This document shows, in pieces, positions 9,249-20,354 of a stretch of 64,000 nt of DNA. The position numbers and the translations under genes were made by a program. The first letter of the stretch is position 1; the number at the start of each line of letters is the position of its first letter. The stretch is from NCBI GenBank assembly GCA_000999095.1, contig LCFP01000003.1, positions 26,839 through 90,838 on the forward strand. Reading direction: 5' to 3'. Below the pieces are notes generated by a model, which was not told the origin of the DNA, ran no database searches, and worked only from the letters and a program-made list of their open reading frames with translations. Source of the stretch: Candidatus Gottesmanbacteria bacterium GW2011_GWA2_43_14. Lineage in GTDB: Bacteria > Patescibacteriota > Microgenomatia > 2-02-FULL-39-11.

Positions 9249-9851
9249 ATGCTCGATGAACGATTTGTAATTGCCGGAGTTATTTTAAGTCTGGTCGGCG
9301 GATTAAAATACTTAATCGATACGGTTAAAGGTAAAACACAACCCAACAAAGTCACCTGGTTTTTATGGGCTCTGGCTCCTTTGATTGCTTTTGCCGCTGA
9401 GATGAAAGAGGGTGTCGGAATGCAATCATTAATGACATTTATTGTCGGTTTCAATCCCCTGATGATTTTTCTGGCATCTTTTATAAACAGGAAATCTACC
9501 TGGAAATTATCCAGTTTTGATATCATTTGCGGCGGTTTATCTGTTTTGGGGCTTGTGTTGTGGCAAATTACCAAAGTAGGCAATCTGGCGATTGCGTTAA
9601 GCCTTGCCGCAGACGGATTAGCAGGAGTACCGACGATAGTTAAAGCCTACCGCGCCCCTGAAACCGAAAGCGATCTTCTTTACCTGTTGACAGGCATCAA
9701 TGCAATCATAACCCTGGCCACCATAGACAATTGGAATTTTGCACATTTTGCATTTCCCGTTTATATCCTTTTACTCTGTCTGCTACTCTTTATCCTTGTC
9801 AGATTCAGAATCGGCAGACGGAGGGAAGTACAGGGAAATATGGTAAAATAG
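9249..9851 (+). CDS. Membrane protein (PQ-loop-like duplicated fold)
   Basis: About 7 TM; Y..DT.KG.T.PN..TW and PT..KAY..P..E repeats. Confidence 0.65.
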   Translation: MLDERFVIAGVILSLVGGLKYLIDTVKGKTQPNKVTWFLWALAPLIAFAAEMKEGVGMQSLMTFIVGFNPLMIFLASFINRKSTWKLSSFDIICGGLSVLGLVLWQITKVGNLAIALSLAADGLAGVPTIVKAYRAPETESDLLYLLTGINAIITLATIDNWNFAHFAFPVYILLLCLLLFILVRFRIGRRREVQGNMVK

Positions 9852-9859
9852 ACTGCCTC

Positions 9860-10993
9860 ATGGTAAAACCCAGTAAAGAAACAGCCAACAAGCTCCCCGG
9901 TTTAAAAATGCTTAAAAAGCAAAAATTCGGCAGAATACTGATTTTTCTGGGTGTCAACACTTCTTATATTCTGACCTATTACCTGATAAATTTATATTTT
10001 CCGTTTATCCCGAATTATCCCTTCTACTTTGCATTGATCGCCAGCAGTCTCTACTTGGGTGGATTCAGGTTCGGCTTCTTTTCACTAGGGGTCAGCAGTC
10101 TGGCTATGGTTATCATTCAGCCCGATAATATTCCCGTTCTGCCGCTTTTAGCATCAGAAGGACTTATCGTTGTCTATTTTTTTGAAAAGATCAGAAATTC
10201 GTCCATTATAAATAAGCTTGAAGAGAGGGAACAACTCCTGACAAAAAAGTATGAGGAAAATGAACAACTTTTAAAAAGCGCCCAGAAAGAAATCCGCTTC
10301 AGGGATGAATTCCTCTCAATCGCTTCGCATGAGCTGAAGACTCCGCTGACCTCCATGTTGCTGGAACTCCAGCTGATGCTTCACAATGTCAGAAATGTTT
10401 CCCTGGCCAAGTTCTCGGTGCAAAACCTGATGACCATGCTGGAGAGCGCCGAAGACCAGACTAAAAGACTGTCAAAAATGATCAACGATCTTCTCAATGT
10501 TTCACTAATCACCTCAGGCAAATTAACTTTGGAAGCGGAAGAGGTAAGCCTAAATCAAATTGTCGAGGAAGCGGTCAATAAAATAACAACCATTAAAGGA
10601 GGCACCGATATCCAATTCATGAACGGAGTTCCCGTAAAGGGATATTGGGATAAAGTCCGGCTGGAGCAGGTGGTGGTCAATTTCCTGTCCAATGCCGTTA
10701 AATACGGCAACGGCAAACCGATCAAAATCTCCGTCAATAAAAAAGACAATTTCGCTCTTCTGATTATCGAGGACAAGGGAATCGGTATCGCCCGTGACAA
10801 AATGGGCAAAATTTTCGAAAGATTTAAAAGAGGTGTTACCGACAAGGAGTATAAAGGATTGGGAGTAGGTTTATATATCGTTTCACAGATCGTCAAGCAG
10901 CACGGCGGGAAAATCAACGTCCAAAGCAAAATCGGGAAAGGTACGATTTTTACGGTCGAACTTCCCCTTAATATTAAAAGGCGCGAAAAGTGA
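9860..10993 (+). CDS. Membrane sensor histidine kinase (orphan)
   Basis: H-box ASHELKTPLT, N-box NAVKY, DKGIGI, GLGVGL; N-terminal TMs. Start uncertain (9860 or 9908). Confidence 0.9.
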   Translation: MVKPSKETANKLPGLKMLKKQKFGRILIFLGVNTSYILTYYLINLYFPFIPNYPFYFALIASSLYLGGFRFGFFSLGVSSLAMVIIQPDNIPVLPLLASEGLIVVYFFEKIRNSSIINKLEEREQLLTKKYEENEQLLKSAQKEIRFRDEFLSIASHELKTPLTSMLLELQLMLHNVRNVSLAKFSVQNLMTMLESAEDQTKRLSKMINDLLNVSLITSGKLTLEAEEVSLNQIVEEAVNKITTIKGGTDIQFMNGVPVKGYWDKVRLEQVVVNFLSNAVKYGNGKPIKISVNKKDNFALLIIEDKGIGIARDKMGKIFERFKRGVTDKEYKGLGVGLYIVSQIVKQHGGKINVQSKIGKGTIFTVELPLNIKRREK

Positions 10994-12203
10994 TAATAGA
11001 GTTTAAAAGTTTTTGTATGCGGTAATTCTTAAGTCCCCATAAGACCATAAATCCCCATAAAAATACGGCTGCCGTATCTTTCAGCCAAACAGGCAAGGCC
11101 GGAGGCAGGTAACGGTAATCGAAGATATAAGCGGCATTTAGAACGGTAAAAATGCCGGTTGCCAGGAAAAATTCCGGGACGAGCTTATTTTTATTGACCA
11201 GAAGAAAGGGCAATATCCAGACAAAATAGTGAATGCTCAGTCCGAAAGAAAAAATGTAAAGGATGAAAATGACCAATTGTGCTGACCAGAAGATATTCTT
11301 ATATTTATAAACCGCATATATCCGGATCAGAATTGCCAGTGACAGAAGTTTTGATAAAAAAACAGGCAGCGTAAGAATTTTCCTGTGCCCGCTGAGTAAG
11401 GCTAAATATTTGAACAAAACAGACGGTCCCCACCAGCCGAATGCGCTCTCGTAGAGAACAATCGACCCAACCATGGTAGCAAGGTCAGCATCAGGGATAA
11501 GGATTTTATAAGAGACAATCACAGCCAAAGGCATCAGCGCCATGATTGTCAGAAATTTGATGCGGGGCCGCCAGGCCTTTACCCGCAAAAGCATAAGCGG
11601 TGCGAAAATTACAGGCCATGGTTTGAATGCAATGGCTGTGCCCAGCATTAATGATCCGAGTGAAAGGGATTTCCGGCTAGCCAGATAAAGGGCAGTTACG
11701 GCAAAAAACAACGGGATGGCATCAAATTGTCCGGAAACAGCACAAATCAGACTGACGGGAGACAGGGCATAAACTATGCCCTTTTTTATATCCCGGCAGG
11801 CAGTGGCGATCAAGAGAGCCATAAGCGAATCGAAGAAAACTGCTGCCAACTTGATGCTGATAAAAGCCGGAAGGAAGTTTAACTTTAATAAGGCAGCGGT
11901 AATCATGCCGAAAGTCGGCAGAAAGGCAAAATATTCCCTGGTTCCCAGTCCCCAGTATAGATCCAGGCCTTTGTTGATTTGCCCACCCGCCCAAAGGAAA
12001 GCCTTAATATCCCAACCTACAGCAAAAGGAAACAGCATCATTGTCAGCCTGACTGCCATGGCCAGGGAAAAAAGTTTAATAAGCCGGTTTTTCGATGGCC
12101 TGAAGGAGGGTAAATATAGTAAACAGAGGTAATCCGCTGCCAGGAAAAAAAGGCCGATAATTATAAATAAAATAAAATTAAAATCAGTCGCAGCAAAAAT
12201 CAA
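10974..12203 (-). CDS. GT-C fold membrane glycosyltransferase (GT87/PIG-M-like)
   Basis: Polytopic; WD in the first loop; GQFD and KPWP motifs. Confidence 0.65.
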   Translation of the reverse strand: MIFAATDFNFILFIIIGLFFLAADYLCLLYLPSFRPSKNRLIKLFSLAMAVRLTMMLFPFAVGWDIKAFLWAGGQINKGLDLYWGLGTREYFAFLPTFGMITAALLKLNFLPAFISIKLAAVFFDSLMALLIATACRDIKKGIVYALSPVSLICAVSGQFDAIPLFFAVTALYLASRKSLSLGSLMLGTAIAFKPWPVIFAPLMLLRVKAWRPRIKFLTIMALMPLAVIVSYKILIPDADLATMVGSIVLYESAFGWWGPSVLFKYLALLSGHRKILTLPVFLSKLLSLAILIRIYAVYKYKNIFWSAQLVIFILYIFSFGLSIHYFVWILPFLLVNKNKLVPEFFLATGIFTVLNAAYIFDYRYLPPALPVWLKDTAAVFLWGFMVLWGLKNYRIQKLLNSIITFRAF

Positions 12204-12310
12204 GGTTTTCCTTTCACAATTGCCCTAATAGCAACTTCTTGCGTTAATCTTAAGATATTTTTACTTAGGTTACTTAATCGAAGTGCTAGGTTGAAATAAC
12301 CCTTAAGTAT

Positions 12311-15300
12311 ATGTCCAAGCTGAAAAAAGTATTTCATATTTCAATCATCATTCCAACTCTTAACGAAGAAAAGAATATCAAACCTTTGCTTGAGAGGATT
12401 GACGGAGCTTTAAAGGAGACGGCAATTGATTATGAGGTTATTTTTATTGATGACAGGTCAACAGACAAGACCTGTCAAATGATTAAGTTCTTCCAGCCTG
12501 CCTATCCAGTTTCCCTTTATCTTAAGAAAGGAAAAAAAGGCAAGGCTTTTTCCATACTAGAAGGCATTGAATATGCCAAGCACGATTTAATCGTGCTTTT
12601 GGACGGTGATTTGCAGTACGGGCCTGAAAATATACCGGTGATGGTGGTGAAAAGCAACAGGTTCGGAGTCGTGGTCGGCAACCGCAGGAAAAACAGGAAC
12701 GGTATTTTCCGTAAAATTGCCTCACGGATTAATACTGTTGTGACAAGTAAAATGCTATTAGGGATTGAGGCTGATACACAATCAGGCCTCAAAGTCGTCC
12801 GTAAAGAAATTTTCAATCATCTGGATCGAAGTAATATCGGCCCCTGGTCTCTGGATATTCCGCTTCTGAATACCGCTTACGAGTTGGGGTATGACATCGG
12901 TTCCGTCGATATAACCTTTGACAAAAGAATAAACGGAACTTCCAAAATAAATTTCCTGACAGCAGCAATTGAAATTCTTTCGGGGGCGGTAAAAGTAAAG
13001 CTTCACAGGAAGAAGGTTTACCCTATTACACCTTTGAAAAACGGGTCAATGCTTGGTGCCGGTATCGTTCATAAACGCCGGAATTACATAACCCATACCA
13101 CTCTTTCCCAAAAACAAAGCGCCATAGCCACTTTGACTTTCCCCCAGTTGATGTTTCTGGCAGTGATTTTCATAATATTTGCCGCCGGACTTCTGTTCAA
13201 CCCGCTGGGTCTTTTGAAGCTGACAGTGGCTATTATATCCTCGGTTTATTTTATTGATGTGATTTTCAACCTGTTCCTGCTTTCCAAAAGTTTAAAAAAA
13301 GATATTGAAATAAAAATATCTTCGGATGAGCTAAGACAATTGGATGTAACAAATTTACCCCTTTATTCAATCCTCTGTCCTTTGTATCGGGAAGCACACC
13401 TTATTCCGCAATTTGTAAAATCTCTTGATCAATTGGATTGGCCAAAAGACAAATTGGAAGTGGTTCTGCTCTTGGAAGCCGATGATTCTGAAACAATTGA
13501 TAAGGTCAGGCAAATCAAGCTGCCCGGCTATATCCGCAGCGAAATTGTTCCCGAATCTGAACCCAAGACCAAACCCAAAGCCTGCAATTACGGTTTAAAT
13601 ATCATCAGGGGTGAATATGTGGTCATTTATGATGCGGAAGACATACCGGATCCGCAACAATTAATGAAAGCCTATCTCGGTTTTGCCAAAGCCGGTCCCC
13701 GCGTCATCTGTCTGCAGGCCAAGCTCAATTATTACAATCCGAACCAGAATCTATTAACCAGATTGTTCACGGCTGAATATTCGTTATGGTTCGATATCAT
13801 CCTGCCGGGACTGCAGTCGATTGAAACCAGCATCCCATTGGGTGGCACTAGCAATCATTTCCGAAGGCAGGATTTGCTCAACCTTAAAGCTTGGGATCCT
13901 TTTAACGTGACGGAAGATTGCGATTTGGGGGTAAGGCTTTTTAAAAAAGGTTTTAAAACAGCCATTTTTGATTCAACCACCATGGAAGAAGCCAACAGCA
14001 ATGCCAAGAATTGGTTAAGACAGCGGTCACGCTGGATAAAAGGTTACATCCAGACATATTTGGTACACATGCGGCATCCTTTCGCCTATCTTAAAGAGCA
14101 CGGAACCCATGCCCTGATTTTCCAGTTGATTATAGGTGGACGTATCGCTTTTCTTTTCATAAACCCCTTTCTTTGGCTGGCTACCATTTCCTATTTTGCC
14201 CTTCGTGCCCAGGTCGGGGCGGCCATTGAAGCAGTTTATCCTGCGGCTGTTTTCTATATTGCCGTTTCTTCCCTGGTTTTCGGCAATTTCATGTACCTCT
14301 ACTATTACATGATCGCCTGCGCTAAAAAAAATCACTGGCATCTGGTGAAATATATCTTCCTGGTTCCTTTTTATTGGCTGATGGCCTCAGTCAGTGCGGG
14401 TCTGGCTCTGGTGCAAATTATCTTCAAGCCGTTTTATTGGGAAAAAACCATCCACGGCTTCCATCTCTCAATCCCGATCCAGGATTTTGTGGCGGCAGAA
14501 AAGCCAAAAAGGGCCAGGTTTTCATATTTGTACAAATTTATGCATATCGGCAGGATGAAGTTCCAAAATATGCTTAATTTTCTCGATTTGATATTTGGCC
14601 AGCAGACACCCGACATAAAACCAAACGGCAAACCGCGGATCCTGATTTTCAATTGGCGCGACATCAGGCATACCTGGGCAGGCGGAGCGGAAAGCTATAT
14701 CCATAATATAGCCGCCCAATGGGTCCGGCAGGGAAGCAAGGTTACCATATTTTGCGGTAATGACGGAACCCAAGAAAAGACTGATGAAATTGACGGAGTC
14801 AGAATTATCAGGCGGGGAGGTTTTTATTCATTATATTTCTGGGCAGTTTTATACTACATTTTCCATCTGCGCCGAAGCGTGGATATAGTGGTGGACTCGG
14901 GTAACGGCATTCCCTTTTTCACTCCGCTTTATGTTTTTAAACCCAAGTACCTGCTGATTTACCACATGCACCAGGAAGTTTTCCGCAGGCACCTGCCTCT
15001 GGTTTTATCAAACCTGGCCCAATTTTTAGAAAGAAGGTTAGTGCCTTTTATTTACAGGAACCAGAAAATAATTACCATTTCCGAATCTTCTAAAGAAGAA
15101 ATTGTCCGCCTTAGACTGGCTGATCCTAACAACGTTTTTATCGTAAATCCGGGCATTGATTTCGAAAAGTTCAATCTGCTGCCCAAAACAGATTTTCCGC
15201 TGATTACTTATTTGGGCAGATTGAAACCATATAAAAACATACATATCGTAATTGAAGCCTTTGTACATATTCTTTACAGGCATCCGGATGCCCAGCTGTT

Positions 15301-15772
15301 TATCGCGGGCAGCGGAGAAAGCCAATTTTTTCTCAATGATCTGGTTGCCAAATTGGGAATAGGTGAGAGCGTCTTTATTATAGGCAAAGTGTCCGAAATG
15401 GAGAAGAGAGCGCTTCTGGCCAGAAGCTGGCTGGTTGTCCAACCTTCTTCTGCTGAAGGATGGGGAATGACCGTCATTGAAGCCAATGCAGCCGGCACAC
15501 CGGTCGTTGCTTCGGATATACCGGGGCTTAGGGATTCAGTCATTCATAAATCCACCGGCATTTTGGTACCGGCAGGAGATATTATGGCTTTTACCGAAGC
15601 TATTAATTCTTTAATCTCCGACCGACGTATCCTGGACCGGTTGGCAATCAGCGCTTACAGCTGGGCGAAAAATTTCAATTGGAAGGAAAGCAGTGAAAAA
15701 TTTTACCGGCTGATAAATTATTCTCCGGAGCCTTACTTTTCCCTGGAATTTAAACGATTGGAACTGAATTAA
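12311..15772 (+). CDS. Multidomain glycosyltransferase: GT2 (DPM-like) + processive GT2 + GT4
   Basis: N-terminal IIPTLNE/DDRS/DGDLQ; middle PLYRE, TKPKA, YDAED, TED, QRSRW with TMs; C-terminal GGAE, GRL..YK, EGWG..VIEA. Confidence 0.9.
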   Translation: MSKLKKVFHISIIIPTLNEEKNIKPLLERIDGALKETAIDYEVIFIDDRSTDKTCQMIKFFQPAYPVSLYLKKGKKGKAFSILEGIEYAKHDLIVLLDGDLQYGPENIPVMVVKSNRFGVVVGNRRKNRNGIFRKIASRINTVVTSKMLLGIEADTQSGLKVVRKEIFNHLDRSNIGPWSLDIPLLNTAYELGYDIGSVDITFDKRINGTSKINFLTAAIEILSGAVKVKLHRKKVYPITPLKNGSMLGAGIVHKRRNYITHTTLSQKQSAIATLTFPQLMFLAVIFIIFAAGLLFNPLGLLKLTVAIISSVYFIDVIFNLFLLSKSLKKDIEIKISSDELRQLDVTNLPLYSILCPLYREAHLIPQFVKSLDQLDWPKDKLEVVLLLEADDSETIDKVRQIKLPGYIRSEIVPESEPKTKPKACNYGLNIIRGEYVVIYDAEDIPDPQQLMKAYLGFAKAGPRVICLQAKLNYYNPNQNLLTRLFTAEYSLWFDIILPGLQSIETSIPLGGTSNHFRRQDLLNLKAWDPFNVTEDCDLGVRLFKKGFKTAIFDSTTMEEANSNAKNWLRQRSRWIKGYIQTYLVHMRHPFAYLKEHGTHALIFQLIIGGRIAFLFINPFLWLATISYFALRAQVGAAIEAVYPAAVFYIAVSSLVFGNFMYLYYYMIACAKKNHWHLVKYIFLVPFYWLMASVSAGLALVQIIFKPFYWEKTIHGFHLSIPIQDFVAAEKPKRARFSYLYKFMHIGRMKFQNMLNFLDLIFGQQTPDIKPNGKPRILIFNWRDIRHTWAGGAESYIHNIAAQWVRQGSKVTIFCGNDGTQEKTDEIDGVRIIRRGGFYSLYFWAVLYYIFHLRRSVDIVVDSGNGIPFFTPLYVFKPKYLLIYHMHQEVFRRHLPLVLSNLAQFLERRLVPFIYRNQKIITISESSKEEIVRLRLADPNNVFIVNPGIDFEKFNLLPKTDFPLITYLGRLKPYKNIHIVIEAFVHILYRHPDAQLFIAGSGESQFFLNDLVAKLGIGESVFIIGKVSEMEKRALLARSWLVVQPSSAEGWGMTVIEANAAGTPVVASDIPGLRDSVIHKSTGILVPAGDIMAFTEAINSLISDRRILDRLAISAYSWAKNFNWKESSEKFYRLINYSPEPYFSLEFKRLELN

Positions 15773-15776
15773 TTTT

Positions 15777-16892
15777 ATGAAAATCTGTTTTTTCGGTACT
15801 TACTTCGCCAATTACGCCAGAAACACATCCATTAGGGAAGGGTTAAAAAGGTGTGGAATTGAAGTCGCGGAAGTCCATGCTGAAATTGCCAATATCCCCA
15901 TGGATCAATCAAACGACGTCACGCTTTTCAAAGTATTCTACCGGTTTGCCAGAAAAATCAAGGTGTACATACGGCTTTTATCACGGTACCGGGAAGTATT
16001 GTCGGCTGATTATATTTTTGTCCTGCATCCCGGCCATTTTGATCTGCCGTTTGCCTGGATACTGTCAAAACTCGGGGGTAAAAAGCTGTTTTTTGACTCC
16101 AGCATTTCCCACTATGACACGATGTTCGTCGGCGAGACGATCGGCAATCGCAGAACCCTCAAAGCCAAAATCATCAAATTGGCGGAAAAATTCTGCCTTC
16201 TGTTTCCCGATAGAATCTTTGTTGATACCGAAGCGATGAAGGATTTTATGGTCAGTGAGTTCAAAATCAGTGAGGAAAAAATATTCGTTGTTCCCCTCGG
16301 GGCAAATGACACTCTCTATAAACCAAACGGTAAAGTAAAACATAACGGCACAACTGATGTCTTTTTTTTCGGACTTTACAACCGGATGCAAGGCGCCGAT
16401 ATCATTATGAAAGCTATCAATCTCCTCAAAGAAGACAGCGATATTGCATTCACCATGCTCGGCGACGGATCTCTGAAAACCGAATTTGTTGAATTTGCCA
16501 GGAATCATAATCTGACTAATGTCCATTTCGTTGGTTTCGTCCCGGAAAAAGAACTTGTTTCCCACTTGCAGCAGGCTGATATAGCCCTAGGTGTGTTTTC
16601 CAACAGCCCTGTTTTTCAGAGAGTTATACCGAATAAAGTTTTTGCTGCCTTGGCTTGCGCCAAACCCCTTATCACAGCAAGGTATCAAGTACTGGAAGAA
16701 GTTTTGCATCACGAATATAATGTCTTTTTCTGTAAACCGGAGAATCCGGAGGATCTGGCAAAGGCAATCAGGAGTGTATCCCGCAACAGACGTCTGCAGG
16801 AAACTCTGTCGCAAAACGGCTATGTACTTTATAAAAGAAACTTTACACCCGATAAGATCGGAAAAACGTTAGCGGATCATCTTCATAACTGA
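15777..16892 (+). CDS. Glycosyltransferase family 4
   Basis: GT-B; ADIALGVF...IPNKVF.ALA. Confidence 0.85.
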   Translation: MKICFFGTYFANYARNTSIREGLKRCGIEVAEVHAEIANIPMDQSNDVTLFKVFYRFARKIKVYIRLLSRYREVLSADYIFVLHPGHFDLPFAWILSKLGGKKLFFDSSISHYDTMFVGETIGNRRTLKAKIIKLAEKFCLLFPDRIFVDTEAMKDFMVSEFKISEEKIFVVPLGANDTLYKPNGKVKHNGTTDVFFFGLYNRMQGADIIMKAINLLKEDSDIAFTMLGDGSLKTEFVEFARNHNLTNVHFVGFVPEKELVSHLQQADIALGVFSNSPVFQRVIPNKVFAALACAKPLITARYQVLEEVLHHEYNVFFCKPENPEDLAKAIRSVSRNRRLQETLSQNGYVLYKRNFTPDKIGKTLADHLHN

Positions 16893-16904
16893 TATGAAAA
16901 TCTT

Positions 16905-18530
16905 ATGAAAAGACTTCTCGGTTATGCCATCTTTACAGTGTATTGTATCTTTATTCTCGTCCTCTCGATCAGGGGTATACCGGGTAATCCGGCGGAAAAA
17001 ACACTCAATGACCCGCGTTGGGGGGAAGAAGGGCCGTTTGAGCTTTCACCCGAACGCGGAAGGTTTGCACTTCTCGTCTCGCTTATAGAGAATAAATCAT
17101 TTCATTTTTCACTACCCATTGCCAGGTTCGCCATTCCTGATCTTGGATATACCCAGGGGAATTATGTTTCATTGTTTGCTCCCGGACTTTCGATTATCTC
17201 CATTCCCGGATACCTCATCGGAAAATACTACAATAATTCACAGATAGGCACTTATGCCGTAGTAAGCTTGTTTGCCGTATTGAATGCCATTTTAATCAGA
17301 GCGCTGGCGCAACGCGCTGGGAGTACGAGCATTGCCTCCTCGCTTGCGGCACTAGTTTTTCTGTTTGCCACACCTGCTTATGCCTACGCCGTCTCTTTTT
17401 ACCAGCATCATCTTTCAACTTTTTTAATTCTAATTTCAATTTACCTCCTGATAACACTTAAAGGCGTCTTACCGCTTTATCTTCTGTGGATTCTCTTCGG
17501 AATTGCCCTTATTACCGATTATCCGAATGTTATTCTGATGCTTCCGATACTGTTATTTGCTTTAAAGAATTTAATTTATTTGGTAAATGACAACGGCAAA
17601 ACAATTGTAAATGTCAGAATTCTTGGTTTTATTTCATTAATAACAATTCTTATCCCTTTGTTTTTTCTGTTTTGGTTTAATCAAAATTCGTACGGCAATC
17701 CCATGAGTTTGGCCGGAACAGTTACTGCTGTTAAATCAATAGACAAGTCCGGAAGACCGGAGTTACCCAAAGTAGCTGGAGGTCAAAAAACAGCGGTCGG
17801 TTTTTTTAAATCCCGAAATATGTTCAACGGGATAAATATACTTCTGTTCAGTCCAGACAGGGGATTGTTTATTTATACTCCGGTTGTCCTGTTCAGTTTA
17901 TTTGGTATATGGGCAGCTTATAAAAAAAACCTGTATCTTTATCCGCTGTTCACAGCCCTTATCAGTATCAATATACTGCTATATTCCATGTGGGGAGATC
18001 CCTGGGGAGGTTGGGCATTCGGCTCCCGTTATCTTATCCCCGGTTTTGCCATAGCCTCCATATTTATAGCCATAGCCCTTACCCGTTATCACAGAAATAT
18101 TATCTTTTTTTTAATCTTTTTTATAACTTTAAGCTATTCTTTAGCAATTAATACATTGGGTGCTTTGACTTCCAACCGAAATCCTCCCCTGTCAGAAATA
18201 AAAGCATTGGAAAAGCTGTCGGGGAAAGCGGAAAAATATACTTACGAACGAAATTTAGATCTGTTATTAAACGGGGTATCAAAATCATATTTATTCCAAT
18301 CCTATGGTTCTAAATTTTTCAGTCCGGTTGAATATTACCGCCTGATTGTTTTTATGTTGGCGGCAGTCTGTTTTTTTCTGATTGTCGCGGATAACCTGTC
18401 TATTTTTAAAAATTACCATATGGAAAAAAGAGGCTGGCAAAAACTCATAATATATAAGAAACAACCGACGAAATACCAGCTTTCACATTTAGTAAATTTG
18501 TTCTTTATCAAAATAATGAAGCCAATCTAA
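16905..18530 (+). CDS. GT-C fold membrane glycosyltransferase-like protein
   Basis: Polytopic; GPFE.S, S.FAPG, QHH and WGGWAFG.RYLIP motifs. Confidence 0.7.
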   Translation: MKRLLGYAIFTVYCIFILVLSIRGIPGNPAEKTLNDPRWGEEGPFELSPERGRFALLVSLIENKSFHFSLPIARFAIPDLGYTQGNYVSLFAPGLSIISIPGYLIGKYYNNSQIGTYAVVSLFAVLNAILIRALAQRAGSTSIASSLAALVFLFATPAYAYAVSFYQHHLSTFLILISIYLLITLKGVLPLYLLWILFGIALITDYPNVILMLPILLFALKNLIYLVNDNGKTIVNVRILGFISLITILIPLFFLFWFNQNSYGNPMSLAGTVTAVKSIDKSGRPELPKVAGGQKTAVGFFKSRNMFNGINILLFSPDRGLFIYTPVVLFSLFGIWAAYKKNLYLYPLFTALISINILLYSMWGDPWGGWAFGSRYLIPGFAIASIFIAIALTRYHRNIIFFLIFFITLSYSLAINTLGALTSNRNPPLSEIKALEKLSGKAEKYTYERNLDLLLNGVSKSYLFQSYGSKFFSPVEYYRLIVFMLAAVCFFLIVADNLSIFKNYHMEKRGWQKLIIYKKQPTKYQLSHLVNLFFIKIMKPI

Positions 18531-18540
18531 AGTTATAATT

Positions 18541-19449
18541 GTGAAAAAACTCACGGTTACCATAGGAATTTCGGCTTATAACGAGGAAGGAAATATCGCT
18601 AAAATCCTAAAGTCGGTTATTTCTCAAAAGGAAAAAACGATTCAAATCAGCGAAATCCTTGTTTATTCTGACGGATCGACAGATCGGACTGTTCCAACTG
18701 CCAAGTCATTTAAGGACAAACGGATCCGGGTCGTCAATGACAAAATTCGACGCGGGAAAGCATTCCGGCTGAATCATATATTTTCTGTTATGAAAGGTGA
18801 TGTGCTCGTTCTTTTTGATGCCGATACGGTTCCTGTCAATTCCGAGATGCTTGAGTATATCTGCCGTCCATTCCATAGAAGATCATTCATTGGGCTTGCC
18901 GGAGGCCGTAGATATTCAATTCCTACGACTTCACTTACGGGTACCTCTTTGGCTAACTTATTTCACGCTTATGATGTGGTCCGGAAGGAGCTGCGAAACG
19001 GCATTAACATATATTGCTTTTTAGCCGGCATCACTGCTCTCTCACGTGATTTTGCCAAAGCGTTAACTCTTCCTCTTGATTCACCCTGTGATGATAATTT
19101 CATCTATCTTGAAGCGAAAAAGCGAGGGTTTTCCTTAGCATATGTACCCGAGGCGATCGTTTGGTTTTCCCCTCCGCAATCTGCATCCGATCAAATTTCG
19201 CAGGGTTCAAGATACCTGGCCAGCAGTTCGATATTAAGCAGATATTTTAATTCGACGTACGTCAAAGGCGAATTTTACGTTCCTTTTTATCTTCGCCTGA
19301 AAGTTTTCCTTTATCAGGTAAGACATAATCCCATTGCATTTCTGTGGTTAAAATGCTTGGCAGCCGTTTGCCACATACAAAACTTCAAAACCCAAAGACA
19401 TGTGAACGGTCTATACAGGAATGTATATTCAACTAAGAGATTGACATGA
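18541..19449 (+). CDS. Glycosyltransferase family 2
   Basis: GISAYNEE, SDGSTD, RGK, FDAD. Confidence 0.88.
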   Translation: MKKLTVTIGISAYNEEGNIAKILKSVISQKEKTIQISEILVYSDGSTDRTVPTAKSFKDKRIRVVNDKIRRGKAFRLNHIFSVMKGDVLVLFDADTVPVNSEMLEYICRPFHRRSFIGLAGGRRYSIPTTSLTGTSLANLFHAYDVVRKELRNGINIYCFLAGITALSRDFAKALTLPLDSPCDDNFIYLEAKKRGFSLAYVPEAIVWFSPPQSASDQISQGSRYLASSSILSRYFNSTYVKGEFYVPFYLRLKVFLYQVRHNPIAFLWLKCLAAVCHIQNFKTQRHVNGLYRNVYSTKRLT

Positions 19450-20354
19450 AAACGCCGGCCGTTTCCATAGGCATTCCCACATATGAAGCGGGAATAAGCC
19501 TGATCAGAACTCTGAATTCAATTTTCAATCAATCCGCATTTTCCCAAATACGGGAAGTCATTATCGTAGTTGACGGAAATACTCTCACTCCCCAAGTTAG
19601 AAACAGATTGCGACATCCTAAAGTGCGCATTGTCATGCGACCCGAAAGAATGGGTCAATCTTCTTGCCTGAATTACATTTTTTCCCGGGTTCATAACGGG
19701 TTGCTTCTACTGACCAATGACGATGTTGTTCTTGATAAGCATGCTACCAAGAACTTCATAGAATGCTATATAGCACAAAGACCTGATTTTTTGGCGGCAC
19801 AAGCCAAGCCGTTACCGCCCAAAAGTCTGTTTGAGCGTATATTGTTTGCCGGTCAAACGATTAATACGCGTATCGCTTCGCGCTGGTTAAATGGTGATAA
19901 TTATCTGTCGGTGAACGGAAGAATGATCGCACTCTCCAGACGATTGTATTCAAATATATCTATCCCACCCGGATTATGGAATAACGATGCTTATATCTAT
20001 CTATACGCAAAATTGAAAAACCTAGGGTTTATTAATGTCAACAACGCGAGAGTATATTATAAACTTCCCGGAAACGTGGCAGACCATCTGCGTCAAAGTT
20101 ATAAATTTCACCTGTCGCAACGCGAAAACGAAATCTACTTTCATGATTCACTTACACGATTCTACAAAATTCCCGTATCACTTTCGATAAAGGCTATGAT
20201 ACATACACTTTTTGATCAACCGGTTTTTACTCCGCTTTATATAGTTTTTTCGGCTCTGACCCGTATATGGTTAACGATATCTCATCAATCACTTCCCAAT
20301 ACCGGATATTGGAATACTGACAGGTCGACAAAACTGCTGGGAGGTAAGTTATGA
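19446..20354 (+). CDS. Glycosyltransferase family 2
   Basis: GIPTYE, VVDG, NDD. Confidence 0.82.
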   Translation: MKTPAVSIGIPTYEAGISLIRTLNSIFNQSAFSQIREVIIVVDGNTLTPQVRNRLRHPKVRIVMRPERMGQSSCLNYIFSRVHNGLLLLTNDDVVLDKHATKNFIECYIAQRPDFLAAQAKPLPPKSLFERILFAGQTINTRIASRWLNGDNYLSVNGRMIALSRRLYSNISIPPGLWNNDAYIYLYAKLKNLGFINVNNARVYYKLPGNVADHLRQSYKFHLSQRENEIYFHDSLTRFYKIPVSLSIKAMIHTLFDQPVFTPLYIVFSALTRIWLTISHQSLPNTGYWNTDRSTKLLGGKL

